From contig NC_086109.1 of assembly GCF_963921235.1 (NCBI RefSeq), positions 30,072,001 to 30,136,000 on the forward strand: DNA of 64,000 bases, given 5' to 3'. This DNA is from Mobula hypostoma. Lineage: Eukaryota. The first letter of the stretch is position 1. Each line of letters opens with the position of its first letter. Positions 1 through 12,727 of this stretch are shown here, piece after piece. The notes beneath the pieces were generated by a model. It did no database searches, was not told the DNA's origin, and saw only the letters and a list, made by a program, of their open reading frames with translations. The position numbers and the translations under genes are program-made.

Positions 1-40
1 TGTACCAGCAGTTATAAAAAGTGCCTTGACTTGACTTGAC

Positions 41-3000
41 CTCGAGGGAGATTAAGATCCTAGAGCGAATGTTTGCTAGTACTGCATGGGAGGATTTTAA
101 ACTGGCTTTGCACAGGATTGGAGACTAGAGAGCCAGAACAGATAGTGGAGTGGTTGTGGAGAAAGATGCTGTTAAGCCTACATACAAGGTTAGATATCAG
201 AAGATTGAGCGTGGTGGGACTTGTCTTCTGAGCTGTGTATATTTCAATTCAAGGATTATAGTACAAAAGGAGAATGACCTCAGAGTATGGATCAACACGT
301 GGAATTATGATATTGTAGCCATTAGTGAGACTTGGTTGCAGGAGAAGCAGGACCAAGAGAAGCAAGGTTCCATTGTAGATGTGATAGAGTGGGAGGAATT
401 AAAGGCAGGAATGTAGCATTACTAGTCCGGGGAAATGTCATGTCAGTGTTTAGTCAGGATAAACTGGAAAGCTCATCAAATGAGGCTCTATGGTTAGAAC
501 TGAGGAATAAGAAAGGGATGACCACATTAATGGAATTATATTATAGATACCCAATGGTCCACGATATTTGTAGAGAGATTGCAGACTGTTGCAAGAAACA
601 GAAGGTCGTATTAGTAGGTTATTTGAACTTGACCAGGACTCCCATACTGTAAAAGGACTGGTTGGAAAAGACCGTCAAATGCGTTCAGGAAAGTTTCAGT
701 AATCAGTACATAGAAGCCCTAACTAGAGAGAGTGTGATGCTAGATCCTATATTAGGAAATGAGACAGAACAGCTGACAGACATTGTGTAGTGGAAAACTT
801 TGCTTATAGTGATATAACACCATTAGTTTCTAGGTAATTATGGAAAAGTATAAGTCTGGTCCTTGGGTTGAGATTCTAAATTGGAGAGATCAATTTTGAT
901 GCCATTAGAAAGAATCTGAAAAATGTGGATTCAGATGCATTGATTTCTGGCAATAATGTACTAGGTAAGTAGTGGACCTTCAAAAGTGAATTTTTGAGAA
1001 TGCAGAGTTTGTATGTTCCTGTCAGAATGAAAGGCAAGAATAATAGTTTTAGGGAACCTTAGTTTTCAAGAGATATTGAGGCCCTGGTTAAGAAAAAGAG
1101 TGTGCATAGTAGCTATGGGCATCTGGGAACAAACAAGATACTTGGGTATAAGAAATACAAGAAAACACTTAAGGAGGAAATCAGGAGGGTTTAAAAAAAA
1201 CCTGTGGTTGCACTAGTAGACAAAGTGAAGGAAAATCCAAAGGCCTTCTACAGATATATTAAGAGCAAAAGAATGGCAAGGGACAGAATTGGTCCTTGGG
1301 AAGATCAGAGTGTAATATATGCATGGTACTGAGAGAGATAGGCAAGATCTTAAATGGAATTTTTGCATCTGTATTTACTTAGGAGATGGACACTGGGTCT
1401 ATAGAAATGAGGCAAAGCAGTAGTGAGGTCATTAGATTAGATTAGATTAGATTCAACTTTATTGTCATTGTGCCGATTACAGATTCAAAGCCAATGAAAT
1501 GCAGTTAGCATCTAACCAGAAATGCAAAGAATAGTGTTACTTACAAAATAACTGCGAATAAAAAGTAACTGCTACAGCACACAAATATATAAGTACTGTG
1601 ACAGTACAATATGGGTGCGATACTGCTTAGCATTGTGAAATGAGGTTCAGCAGGGTCACAGCCTCAGGGAAGAAGTTCTTCCTGTGCCTGTTGGTTTGGG
1701 AGTGGAGGCTCCTGTAGTGCCTACTGGATGGGAGGAGAGTAAAACGTCCATGGTTAGGGTGAGATGCATCCTTGATAATGCTTTTTGCCCTGCCCAGGTA
1801 GCATTTATGGTAGATGTTCTCAATGGTGGGCAATTGGGTGCCGATAATCCGCTGGGCAGTTTTCCCCACACACTGGAGTGCTTTGCGGTCTGATACGGGA
1901 CAATTGTCGTACCACACTGAGATGCAGTTAGTAAGTATGCTCTCAATGGTACAGCGGTAAAAATTCGTCAGTATCCTAGGACAGAGGTGAGCTTTCTTGA
2001 TGCTCCACAGGAAATAAAGGTGCTCTTGCACCTTTTTGATCAGGATGGAGGAGCTCAGGGACCAGGTGAGATCCTCAGAATTGTGGACACCAAGGAATTT
2101 GAAGCTTGATACACGCTCCACTACAGCTCCGTTGATGTAGATGGGGACGTGAGTGTGGTTCCTAGCATGCCTAAATTCCACAATGCTCTCCATGGTCTTC
2201 TGGGTGTTAAGGGCCAGGTTGTTGTCTGCACACCATGTGGCCAGGTGCTGGACCTCGTCCCTGTAGGCCGTCTCATCATCTCCTCTGATCAGGCCAACCA
2301 CCGTGGTGTCATCTGCAAACTTGTTTATGGAGTTAGAACTGTGTACAGGAATGCAGTCATAGGTGAAAGGGGAGTACAGAAGAGGGCTCAGGACCCTATA
2401 CAGATTAGAGGAGGAGGTGTTTGCTGTCTTGAGGAATATTATGGTAGATGACGCACCAGGGCCTGATGCGCTGTTCCTTTGGACCTTATGGGAGTTTAGT
2501 GTAGAAATTGCTGAGGCCCTAGCAGAGATATTTAAAACATCCTTGGCTACAGGTGAGGTGCCACAGGATTGGAGGATAACTAACGTTGTTGTGTGGTTTA
2601 AGAAAGGTACAAAGAATAAGCCAGGAAATTCTAGGCCACTGAGCCTAACATCAGGACTGGGAAAGTTACTTGAAGGTATTCTAGGAGACTAGATGTAGAA
2701 GTATTTGGATAGATAGGGACTGATTAGTCAATGTGGATTTGTGCATGGTAGGTCATGTCTAACTGATATTAGAGAATTTTTGAGGAATTTGCTAGGAAAG
2801 TTGTTGAAGGCAAGGCAGTGGATGTTGTCTACATAGACTTTAGCAAGGCATTTGACAAGGTTCTGCATGAGAGGTTGCTCTGGAAGGTTCTGTCGCTTGG
2901 CATTCAAGATGTGGTAGTAAATTGGATTAGACATTAGTTTCACAGAAGAAGCCAAAGAGTAGCTGTAGATGGTTGCCACTCTGATGGGATGCCTGTGACT

Positions 3001-3978
3001 AATGGTGTGCCACAAGGATCATTGCTAGGTCGGTTTTTGTTTGTCATCTATATCAATGATCTAGATGATAATCTGGTAAACTGGATCGGCAAATTTGCAG
3101 ATAATGCCAAGATTGGGAGTGTAGTGGATAGTGAGGAAGACTATCTAACCTTGCATCAGTATCTGTAGCAGCTGGAAAAATGGGCTGAAAAAATGGCAGA
3201 TGGGATTTAATGTAGACAAGTCTGAAGTGTTGCACTTGGGAGGACCAACCAGGGTAGGGGATACACGATGAGTAGTAGGGCAATTCCGAGTGTGTTAGAA
3301 CAGAGGGATTTGGGAGTACAGATCCATAATTCCTTTAAATAGGTAGATACAGTCTTAAAAGAAAGCTTTTGGTACATTGGTCTTCATAAATCAATGTATT
3401 GAGTACAGTAGTTGGGATGTTATGTTGAGATAGGGTAAGATGTTGGTGAAGCCTAATTTGAAATACTGTGTGCAGTTTTGGTCACCTGCCTACAGGAAAG
3501 ATATAAGTAAGACTAAAACAATGCAGAGAATTTTAGAAGGATGTTCTGGAACTTGAGGACCTGAGTTAAGGGGAAATGTTGAACAGGTTATGTCTTCATT
3601 CCCTAGAACATAAAAGTTTGAGGGGAGATCTGATAGAGGTATACAAATTTGAGGGGTATAGATTGGATCAATGAAAGAAGGCTTTTTCCACTGAGGTTGG
3701 TGAAACAATAACTAAAGGTCACGGGTTAAGTTTGAATGGTGAAAAGTTTAAGAGGAACTTGAGGAGGAACTTCACTCAGAGGGTGGTGAGATTGTGGGTT
3801 GAGCCACCAACACAAGTGATGGGTGTGAGATCAATTTTAACATTCAAGGGAAATTTGGATAGGTACATGGAATGCTCATGTTTGGGTACAGGTTGATGGG
3901 ACTAGTAAATCAATGGTTCAGCACAGACTAGATAGGCGGAATGGGCTATTTCTGTGCTATAGCGTTCTATGACTATGT
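41..3978 (+). mobile_element. Degenerate CR1 LINE ORF2 (APE endonuclease + RT) with 3' end, interrupted at 1431-2390
   Basis: Fragments CVYFNSR/AISETWL (APE), APGPD, RPLSLTS, GVPQGS, and a CTATGACTATG-like 3' tail. Many stops and frameshifts. Confidence 0.85.
1431..2390 (-). mobile_element. 5'-truncated Rex1/Babar-like LINE nested in CR1
   Basis: ORF 1627-2301 (GDDETAYRDEV..WCADNNLALN..FKFLGVH) is an RT C-terminus. An (ATTAG)n tail lies at 1431-1452. The CR1 sequence rejoins across the insert. Confidence 0.8.
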
Positions 3979-3984
3979 CCTTTT

Positions 3985-5045
3985 TTTCTTCCAGATAAGG
4001 GGCTTGCCTTTCACTACCATCAATGCAGCCCTCTCTTGCATCTCCTCCATTCTCCTTCTAACATAACAGGGACATGGTTGCCCTTACCATCACCTATCAC
4101 CCCACAAACTTCCGCATAGAACATACTTTTTCACCCGCATCTTCTGCCATCTCCACTTTCTGCAGAGATCACTCTCTCTGCAACTCCCTTGTCTGCTTGT
4201 CCTTCCCCAGTGATTTTCTCTTCACGCATTTATCCCTTCAACTATGCTAAGTTGTTACACCTGTAGCTTCACCTACTCCCATACCATCATTCAGGGCCCT
4301 AGGTAGTCCTTCCAGAAGAGTTAGCACTTCGGATACTCTATAACTCCTTCAATATCACTTTTTGCATCGGGTGCCTCATTTATATTGGTGAGACCTGATA
4401 CAGATTGGGGTATCACTTCACTGAGCACATTCATTCCATCTGCTGTAATAGCCAGGATCTCATAGTTGCTAGTCATTTTAATTCCAGATCTCACTCTCCT
4501 ATCTGGCTGCCTCTACTGTCAAGATGAAATGAGAGACTCATAGGAGGAATAACACCTCCTATTCTGTCTTGATAGTCTGTATCTCTTTAGCACTAACATT
4601 AATTTCTATAACTATGGAAACTACTCCACTTTGTCTTCCCTCACCCCTGCCATCCTCCCTTTTGCTTTGACCTTGACCTATCACCTGTTCTCTTCCTCCC
4701 AACCTTCCGCATCACCCACGCTTTTCTTCCCTCTGGTTCCCACCTCTTTTATTCCATAGTTTGCTGTGTTCTGTTAGATTCCATCTTGTTCAGCCCTTTG
4801 CCTCTTCCATTTGACACCTCCCACCTCCCAGCTCCTCACATCATTTCCACTTTCCCCCCTCACCTATCTATCTTCACCTCTCACCTGGATTCACCTGTTA
4901 TCTATTATATTCCTCTTCCTTCCACCATGTTGTTATTCTGGCTTTTGCCCTCTTTCTTTCCAGTTTTGATAAAGTGTCTCGGCCCAAAATATGGACTGTT
5001 CATTTCCCTGTGTAGATGCTGCCTCTATCATTTTGTGTGCTGCCA
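3985..5045 (+). mobile_element. Old Penelope-like element 3' region (GIY-YIG endonuclease remnant, pyrimidine tract, degenerate hammerhead)
   Basis: ATTTATATTGGTGAGACC (IYIGET) near 4380, homologous to 26240-26500. Degenerate hammerhead-like segment at about 4961-4997. Confidence 0.7.
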
Positions 5046-5234
5046 ATATAAATTCTTTGGAAAAACATGCAAAAAGACTTTTTAAAAAACAAAAAGAAAC
5101 AAAAAGCAATTGGAAGTGAATGAATTTGCGTTCTCCACATATTAGTTACTGATTAGTAATGGGTAAATATTTCTTGTTGACCTATCTTTGGGTTCCTGAA
5201 ATAAGTTCATTTAACCTTTTGGCTACTTTAATCA

Positions 5235-5426
5235 ATTTGTTGTTCCCCTCTGTGCCTTGTGGTGCATCAGGTGGCAACCTTGCCTTTTTTTAAGTATTTG
5301 TCATTTTTATGAGGCCAAGTTGCTAACTAGCCAGCACAACCCAGGATACAAGGAAGCAGCCAGATTTGAACCCTAGACCTCTTGCCTTGAAGTCTGGTGC
5401 AGATGCCACGACACCATCGGTCGGCA
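5235..5426 (-). mobile_element. tRNA-derived SINE
   Basis: Minus-strand A box TGGTGTCGTGG and B box GGTTCAAATC. Flanked by the direct repeat ACTTTAATCA (5225-5234, 5427-5436). Confidence 0.65.
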
Positions 5427-5662
5427 ACTTTAATCAGTTCTAGATATTAATTTGTTTCTTTTTTTGTGGGCTTCTTTTAATGCAAGTAAGAATAGAAGAT
5501 TGAAATATTTTCCTTGTTTACTTGTGAAAATCAAATCTCTACATATCTGTTATTAAACTACTCTAAACTTTAGTCATGAATAAACTGAAAGATTTAATCA
5601 TATTCTTTCCAAGGAAGTTTTATGTAGCTCGTGAGTTGTTGATTGTTGATTGTGCTGCCTGG

Positions 5663-7046
5663 TGTTATGTTTTGTAATTCCAAAACATAAAACTAATTGA
5701 AAGGAAATCAGGGAGCTGGGGAAAACTTGTGTCTGCTTAGTTTTTACTCTCATAAGGCGCACACATATGACATGGTAGCATCATTATGTATACCATTCAC
5801 ATACTTTTACATATAAAGTGTAATGAATGATGTAAGCAATGTGATCAAACAATATATTTGCAATAATATATATAATATATTTCAGTAATATATTTAGTAT
5901 TACTGAAATGTTAAATACACAACACTTCTCCTTGCTTAGCTCTATATAGTGTACTATATAGAAACATAGAAACATAGAAAATAGGTGCAGGAGTAGGTTA
6001 TTCGGTCCTTCGAGCCTGCACCTCCTTTCAGTATGATCATGGCTGATCATCCAACTCAGAACCCTGTACCTGCCTCCTCTCCATAGCCCTGATCCCTTTA
6101 GCCACAAGGGCCATATCTAACTCCCTCTTAAATATAGCCAATGAACTGGCCTCAACTGTTTCCTGTGGCAGAGAATTCCACAGGTTCACCACTCTCTGTG
6201 TGAAGAAGTTTTTCCTCATCTCGGTCCTAAAAGGCTTCCCCTTTATCCTTAAACTGTGACCCCTCATTCTGGACTTACCCAACATCGGGAACAATCTTCC
6301 TGTATCTAACCTGTCCAATCCCATTAGAATTTTATACGTTTCGATAAGATCCCCCCTCAATCTTCTAAATTCCAGAGTATAAGCCTAGTCGATCCAGTCT
6401 TTCATCATATGAAAGTCCTGCCGTCCCAGGAATCAATCTGGTGAACCTTCTTTGTACTCCCTCTATGGCAAAAATGTCTTTCATACTTCACCAGGACAGA
6501 ATGAAAAGGCTCAGCCCAAAACATCGACTCTTGTCCATAAATGCTGCCTGGCCTACTGAGTTCTTCCAACAATTTGTGTGTGTTGCTTGGATATCCAGCA
6601 CCCGCAGATTTTCTCTTGTCTTTGAGCTGTTCAACTTTCTTTTAGTGGTGTATTCCATGAGGATTGTAAAAAGAATATAATACAACTACTATGTAAAGAT
6701 CCACAGAATATTAATTTTAAATTATCCCATTCAGACCTAAATATCTAATCGCTATGGGGGAATTTCTACTCTTGTGAGATAACATTTATCCTGATAAAAG
6801 GGCTCACTCTGCTTGGCAGGTGAGACTTGTGGCTGTTAAACAATCTCAGGTTCTAGGGCGTCCTGCATGGGGGGTTGTAGGAGTTAACTGAGACTGCAGG
6901 AAGTATTTCTAACAGCTCGGGACACCTTTCTTTTCTAACAATTAGCTCTGCTTTCCTCAACTGATCGATGCGTTGTATCCAGATGACATCAGACGCCATC
7001 TCCACTGTGTAAGGGAGTAGTTCAGTTCTGTCCTTAATCTTTCCAA
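5663..7046 (-). mobile_element. Gypsy-type LTR retrotransposon remnant: 3' LTR (5663-5924), polypurine tract and integrase C-terminal fragment, interrupted by 5957-6671
   Basis: TGTT...AACA termini and an adjacent minus-strand purine tract (GCTAAGCAAGGAGAAG). The minus strand near 6945-7040 reads IKDRTELLPYTVEMASDVIWIQRIDQLRKAE, resembling a Gypsy integrase tail. Confidence 0.55.
5957..6482 (-). mobile_element. CR1 LINE 3' fragment
   Basis: ORF 6037-6360 (RGDLIETYK..FFTQRVVNLWNSLP) and a (TTTCTATG)n tail. Near-identical to 7807-8320. Confidence 0.9.
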
Positions 7047-8904
7047 ATACTTCACCAGGACAGAATGAAGAGGCTCAGCCCAAAACATCGACTCTTGTCC
7101 CTAAATGCTGCCTGGCCTACTGAGTTCCTCTAACAATTTGTGTGTATTGCTTGGATATCCAGTATCTGCAGATTTTCTCTTGTCTGAGCTGTTCAACTTT
7201 TTTTTTAGTGGAGTATTCCATGAGGATTCTAAAAGTGTAATACATTGATAGGCAAATACTGTACATCTTTATTTAGTTGTGACAATGTTCCCAGAGGTGT
7301 GAAGATAAAACTCTGAAAGATGCAGTCTGAAATTAATTTATTGTTGTGGAAATTGGAATTGTATGGTAATGTTGTTCAAAGCAATTACCTGCAAACCTTT
7401 GAGTGCAAAGAGTTGGAAAACTGGAGATATTTTGGGACTTCTATTCCTTTTGGCATACGGTTACAGCAATTGTCAATCCCCTTTAAATAGGTGCTTTTAT
7501 TGGCATGATAGTTCACACAGTATTGGCTTTGGTATCACAATTGTTTGATGCATCCTAAAACTGCATTTCTTAATGCATCAAAGTGAGTTACTTTTTGGAT
7601 GCAATTTAAGCATTTAAAACAGCATTTTTATCCTACACTCAAATCTGGTTCTGTGCTTTTTTTGAGGAAATGTAATATTCACTTTATTGTTTTTTTTATC
7701 TTCTCTTTCACTTTTGAACTTCTTTGCTGATGACTGTTATTTAGAATTCCTACTAATGTAATTTGCTTGCATGTTTCCTATGGGATCAGTAACTGAGGCT
7801 AGGATCATAGAAACATAGAAAATAGGTGCAGGAGTAGGCCATTTGGCCCTTCAAGCCTGCACCACCATTCAGTATGATCATGGCTGATCATCCAACTCAG
7901 AACCCTGTACCTGCCTTCTCTCCATACCTCCTGATCCCTTTAGCCACGAGGACCATATCTAACTCCCTCTTAAATATGGCCAATGAACTGGCTTCAACTG
8001 TTTCCTGTGGCAGAGAATTCCACAGATTCACCACTCTCTGTGTGAAGAAGTTTTTCCTAATCTCAGTCCTAAAAGCCTTCCCCTTTATCTTCAAACTGTG
8101 ACCCCTCGTTCTGGACTTCCCCAACATCGGGAACAATCTTCCTGCATCTAGCCTGTCCAATCCCTTTAGGATTTTATACGTTTCAATAAGATCCCCCCTC
8201 AATCTTCCAAATTCCAGAGAACATAAGCCTAGTCGATCCAGTCTTTCATCATATGAAAGTCCTGCCATCCCAGGAATCAATCTGGTGAACCTTCTTTGTA
8301 CTCCCTCTATGGCAAGAATGTGTTTCCTCAGATTAGGGGACCAAAACTGCACACAATACTCCAGGTGTGGTCTCTCCAAGGCCTTGTACAACTGCAGTAG
8401 AACCTCCCTGCTCCTGTACTTGCATCCTCTTGCTATGAATGCCAGCATACCATTCCCCTTTTTCACCGCCTGCTTTACATGCATGCCCACTTTCAATGAC
8501 TGGTGTATAATGATACCCAGGTCTCGTTGCACCTCCCCTTTTCTAATCGGCTACCATTCAGATAATAATCTGTTTTCCTGTTTTTGCCACCAAAGTGGAT
8601 AACCTCACATTTATCCACATTAAATTGCATCTGCCATGAATTTGCCCACTCACCTAACCTATCCAAGTCACCCTGCATCCTCTTAGTATCCTCCTCACAG
8701 CTGACACTGCCGCCCAGCTTCGTGTCATCCGCAAACTTGGAGATGCTGCATTTAATTCCCTCATCTAAGTCATTAATATATATTGTAAACAACTGGGGTC
8801 CCAGCACTGAGCCTTGCAGTACCCACTAGTCACTGCCTGCCATCCTGAAAAGATCCCGTTTATTCCCACTCTTTGCTTCCTGTCTGCCAACCAATTCTCT
8901 ATCT

Positions 8905-10115
8905 CAGTGGTCCCCAACCACCGGGCTGCAAAGCATGCGCTACTGGGCCACGAGGAAACGATATGATTTGGCGATATGAGTCAGCTGCACCTTTCCTCAT
9001 TCCCTGTCACGCCCACTGTTGAACCATTACGCATGCGAGGTCATTACCCGTGCATCATCCATGTCAGCGCGGGAAGAAGATTGACTCCTCAAGCTTGCAA
9101 ATGACGGCGGGCTGAAAAGTATATTTCACATAACATCTCTGCCGGCATTCTGGATCTCAAAGTCAAGGCTAAATACCTGTATCCCGCGATAGCCACGAAA
9201 GCATTGAAAACATTTCTTCCATTTCCAACATACCTCTGCAATGAATGCAACGAAAACTAAATTGCGTAATAGACTGGACATAAGGAACCCCCTTTGAGGA
9301 TCGCTGTCTCCCATCACCCCTCGATAGGACAGTCTTGTTGCAGGAAAACAAGCCCAGGGCTCCCACTGATTCAGCGATATTGGTGTGTTGCAATGATTTT
9401 ATATGTTCATGCGGGAAAAATATGTGCTGTGTGTTTAATATCCAAACGTTACTTAAAATGTTATGATGCTACTGACTTACTTATCTAACCATATAGCAAT
9501 TACAGCACGGAAACAGGCCATCGCTGCCTTTCTAGTCCGTGCCGAACGCTACTCTCACCTAGTCCCACCGACCTGCACTCAGCCCATAACCCTCCTTTCT
9601 TTTCCTGTCCATATACCTATCCAATTTTTCTTTAAATGATAATATTCGAACCTGCCTCTACCACTTCTACTGGAAGTTCGTTCAACACTTACTTCAAGCT
9701 CCCCTGTCCTCCCCGATAATTGACTTATCGCTTTTTTCATGCGAGGAAAATATGTGCTGTGTGTTTAATAGTAAATTCGTTAGATAAACCCTTTTAGAAA
9801 CAAAATTGAGTGTATTAGCCGCTTATCACCAATATTCCGGTCGTGATTAACCCCCTCCCCCCACCGAACAGAATCGCCAAAAGCGATTTGTAGAAGAAAG
9901 TCGGCGCGTATATGCACGCGCAAATCAAGCATGTGCACTGGTGCCTGCGCAAGGCTTCATGGTCATTGTAGTCTCGGAGTAAACAACGTATTTGACTGCT
10001 ACTCTTGTCCGTTGGCAACCCTACCCCCCCCCCCCCCGCCCCCGGGTCGGCCGGTCCGCAAGAATATTGTCAATATGAAACTGGTCCGCAGTGCAAAAGA
10101 GGTTGGGGACCCCTG
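8905..10115 (+). mobile_element. Non-autonomous hAT (Charlie-like) DNA transposon
   Basis: TIRs CAGTGGTCCCCAACC / GGTTGGGGACCCCTG and a perfect 8-bp TSD CTCTATCT (8897-8904, 10116-10123). Internal remnant YPAIATKALKTFLPFPTYLC of the hAT dimerisation domain. Confidence 0.9.
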
Positions 10116-11358
10116 CTCTATCTACATCAATACCTTACCCCCAATACCGTGTGCTTTAAGTTTGCACACTAATCTCCTGTGTGGGACCTTGTCAAAAGCC
10201 TTTTGAAAATCCAAATATACCACATCCACTGGTTCTCCCCATCCACTCTACTAGTTACATCCTCAAAAAATTCTATGAGATTCGTCAGACATGATTTTCC
10301 TTTCACAAATCCATGCTGACTTTGTCCGATCATTTCACTGCTTTCCAAATGTGCTGTTATCACATCTTTGATAACTGACTCCAGCATTTTCCCCACCACC
10401 GATGTTAGGCTAACCTGTCTATAAGTCCCTAGTTTCTCTCTCCCTCCTTTTTTAAAAAGTGGGGTTACATTAGCCACCCTCCAATCCTCAGGAACTAGTC
10501 CAGAATCTAAAGAGTTTTGAAAAATTATCACTAATGCATCCACTATTTCTTGGGCTACTTCCTTAAGCACTCTGGGATGCAGACCATCTGGCCCTGGGAA
10601 TTTATCTACCTTTAATCCCTTCAATTTACCTAACACCACTTCCCTACTAACATGTATTTCCCTCAGTTCCTCCATCTCACTAGACTCTCTGTCCCCTACT
10701 ATTTCCGGAAGATTATTTATGTCCTCCTTAGTGAAGACAGAACCAAAGTAGTTATTCAATTGGTCTGCCATGTCCTTGCTCCCCATAATCAATTCACCTG
10801 TTTCTGTCTTTTTCTTTTCACATATCTATAAAAGCTTTTACAGTCAGTTTTTATGTTCCCTGCCAGTTTTCTCTCATAATATTTTTTCCCTTTCCTAATT
10901 AAGCCCTTTGTCCTCTTCTGCAGGACTCTGAATTTCTCCCAGTCCTCAGGTGAGCCACTTTTTCTGGCTAATTTGTATGCTTCTTCTTTGGAATTGATAC
11001 TATCCCTAATTTCCCTTGGCAGCTACGGGTGCACTACCTTCCCTGATTTATTCTTTTGCCAAACTGGGATGAACAATTGTAGTTCATCCATGCGATCTTT
11101 AAAAGCTTGCTATTGCATATCCACCGTCAACCCTTTAAATATCATTTGCCAGTCTATCTTAGCTAATTCACGTCTCATACCTCAAAGTTACCCTTCTTGA
11201 AGTTCAGAACCTTTGTTTCTGAATTAACTATGTCACTCTCCATCTTAATGAAGAATTCCACCATATTATGATCACTCTTACCCAAGGGGCCTCTCACGAC
11301 AAGATTGCTAATTAACCCTTCCTCATTGCTCAATACCCAGTCTAGAATGGCCTGCTCT

Positions 11359-11802
11359 TGTCGTGGTTTCACAAATGACAAGGGGGTGCCAAAGATTCTT
11401 CAAGAAATTTTAAACTTTAATTTGCAAAGTAAAGCTGAGACAGACAGTGGACTAGGCTGTGTAAGTCTGTCACTGACTGCCCATTTGTCGTTTTCACACA
11501 GCATTCTTTATAGCCCCCTTCTGCGTTAACAGCATTAGCAAATGCTGTAAGTTACACTCTAGCTAATAAATCAGTTACTCTTATCTCTCTTACTTGGCTA
11601 CATTCATTTTTCTCGAGGGGTTAAAAGTACACAGGTTTCATTCAATGGTTACATCCCAAATACCATAGTAATCCAATGCACTCAGTAACAGACACTTAAT
11701 GCATAGTAAAGGCATGGTCAATATCTGAATAAACACCTGATACGCAATAAAAGCACACTTAAAATAAACACTGAGAAAACAGAGTTAAAATGTTTTCCAA
11801 TA
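11359..11802 (-). mobile_element. Solo LTR inserted in CR1
   Basis: 4-bp TSD CTCT. Minus-strand termini TA(TG-like)...CA, a minus-strand TATAAA near 11507-11512 and ATTAAA near 11416-11421. The CR1 sequence is contiguous once the insert is removed. Confidence 0.7.
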
Positions 11803-12303
11803 CTCTCTAGTTGGTTCCTCGACATGTTGGTTCAAAAAACCATCCCACATACATTCTAAGAAATCCTCTTCCTCAGCACCCTTACCAATTTGGTTCACCC
11901 AATCTATATTTAGATTGAAGTCACCCATTATAACTGCTGTTCCTTTATTGCATGCATTTCTAATTTCCTGTTTAATGCCATCCCCAACCTCACTACTACT
12001 GTTACGTGGCCTGTACACAACTCCCACCAGCGTTTTCTGCCCCTTAAGTGTTATGCAGCTCTACCCATATCGATACCACATCCTCCCGGCTATTGTCCTT
12101 CCTTTCTATTGCGTTAATCTCCTCTCTAACCAGCAATGCTACCTCATCTTCTTTTCTTTTGTGTCTATCCCTCCTGAATATTGAATATTCCTAAATGTTG
12201 AGCTCCCATCCTTGGTCACCCTGGAGCCATGTCTCTGTGATCCCAACTATATCATATTTATTAATAACAATCTGCACTTTTAATTCATCCACCTTGTTAT
12301 GAA

Positions 12304-12727
12304 TGGCCTGTACTTGCTGGAGTTTAGAAGAATGGAGTGGGGTGGAGGGAAACTGATTGAAACTTACCGAATATTGAAAAGCCTGTATATAATGGGTGTG
12401 GAGTACATATTTCTAATAGTGGGAGAGTCTCGGACCAGAGGGCATAGCCTCAATAGAAAGATATCTCTTTAGATTAGAGAGAAGGGGGAATTTCTTTAGC
12501 CAGAGGGTAGTGAATCTTCACATCTCACTGCCATAAAATGATGTGGAGGCTAAGACATTGGGTGTATTTAAAATGGAGATTAATAAGTTCTTGATAGTAA
12601 GGGTATCAAAGTTTATGGGGAGAAGACAGGAGAATGGGGTTGAAAGGGAAAATATATCAGCTAAAATTGAATGGTGGTAAAGACTCGATGGGCTGAATGG
12701 TCTAATTTTGATCTTGTGTCTTATGGT
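12304..12727 (+). mobile_element. Old CR1 3' fragment
   Basis: CTGGAGTTTAGAAGAATG...TTCTTTAGCCAGAGGGTAGTGAATCT...TCTTATGGT matches the other CR1 3' ends in the window. Confidence 0.75.

Larger units (their letters stand above)
7807..12300 (-). mobile_element. CR1 LINE ORF2 (APE to RT to tail), interrupted by a hAT element and a solo LTR
   Basis: ORFs 11785-12027 (GDFN), 11175-11381 (SDH), 10169-10792, 8493-8807 (FADD) and 7897-8532 are colinear. CR1 tail at 7807. Confidence 0.9.
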
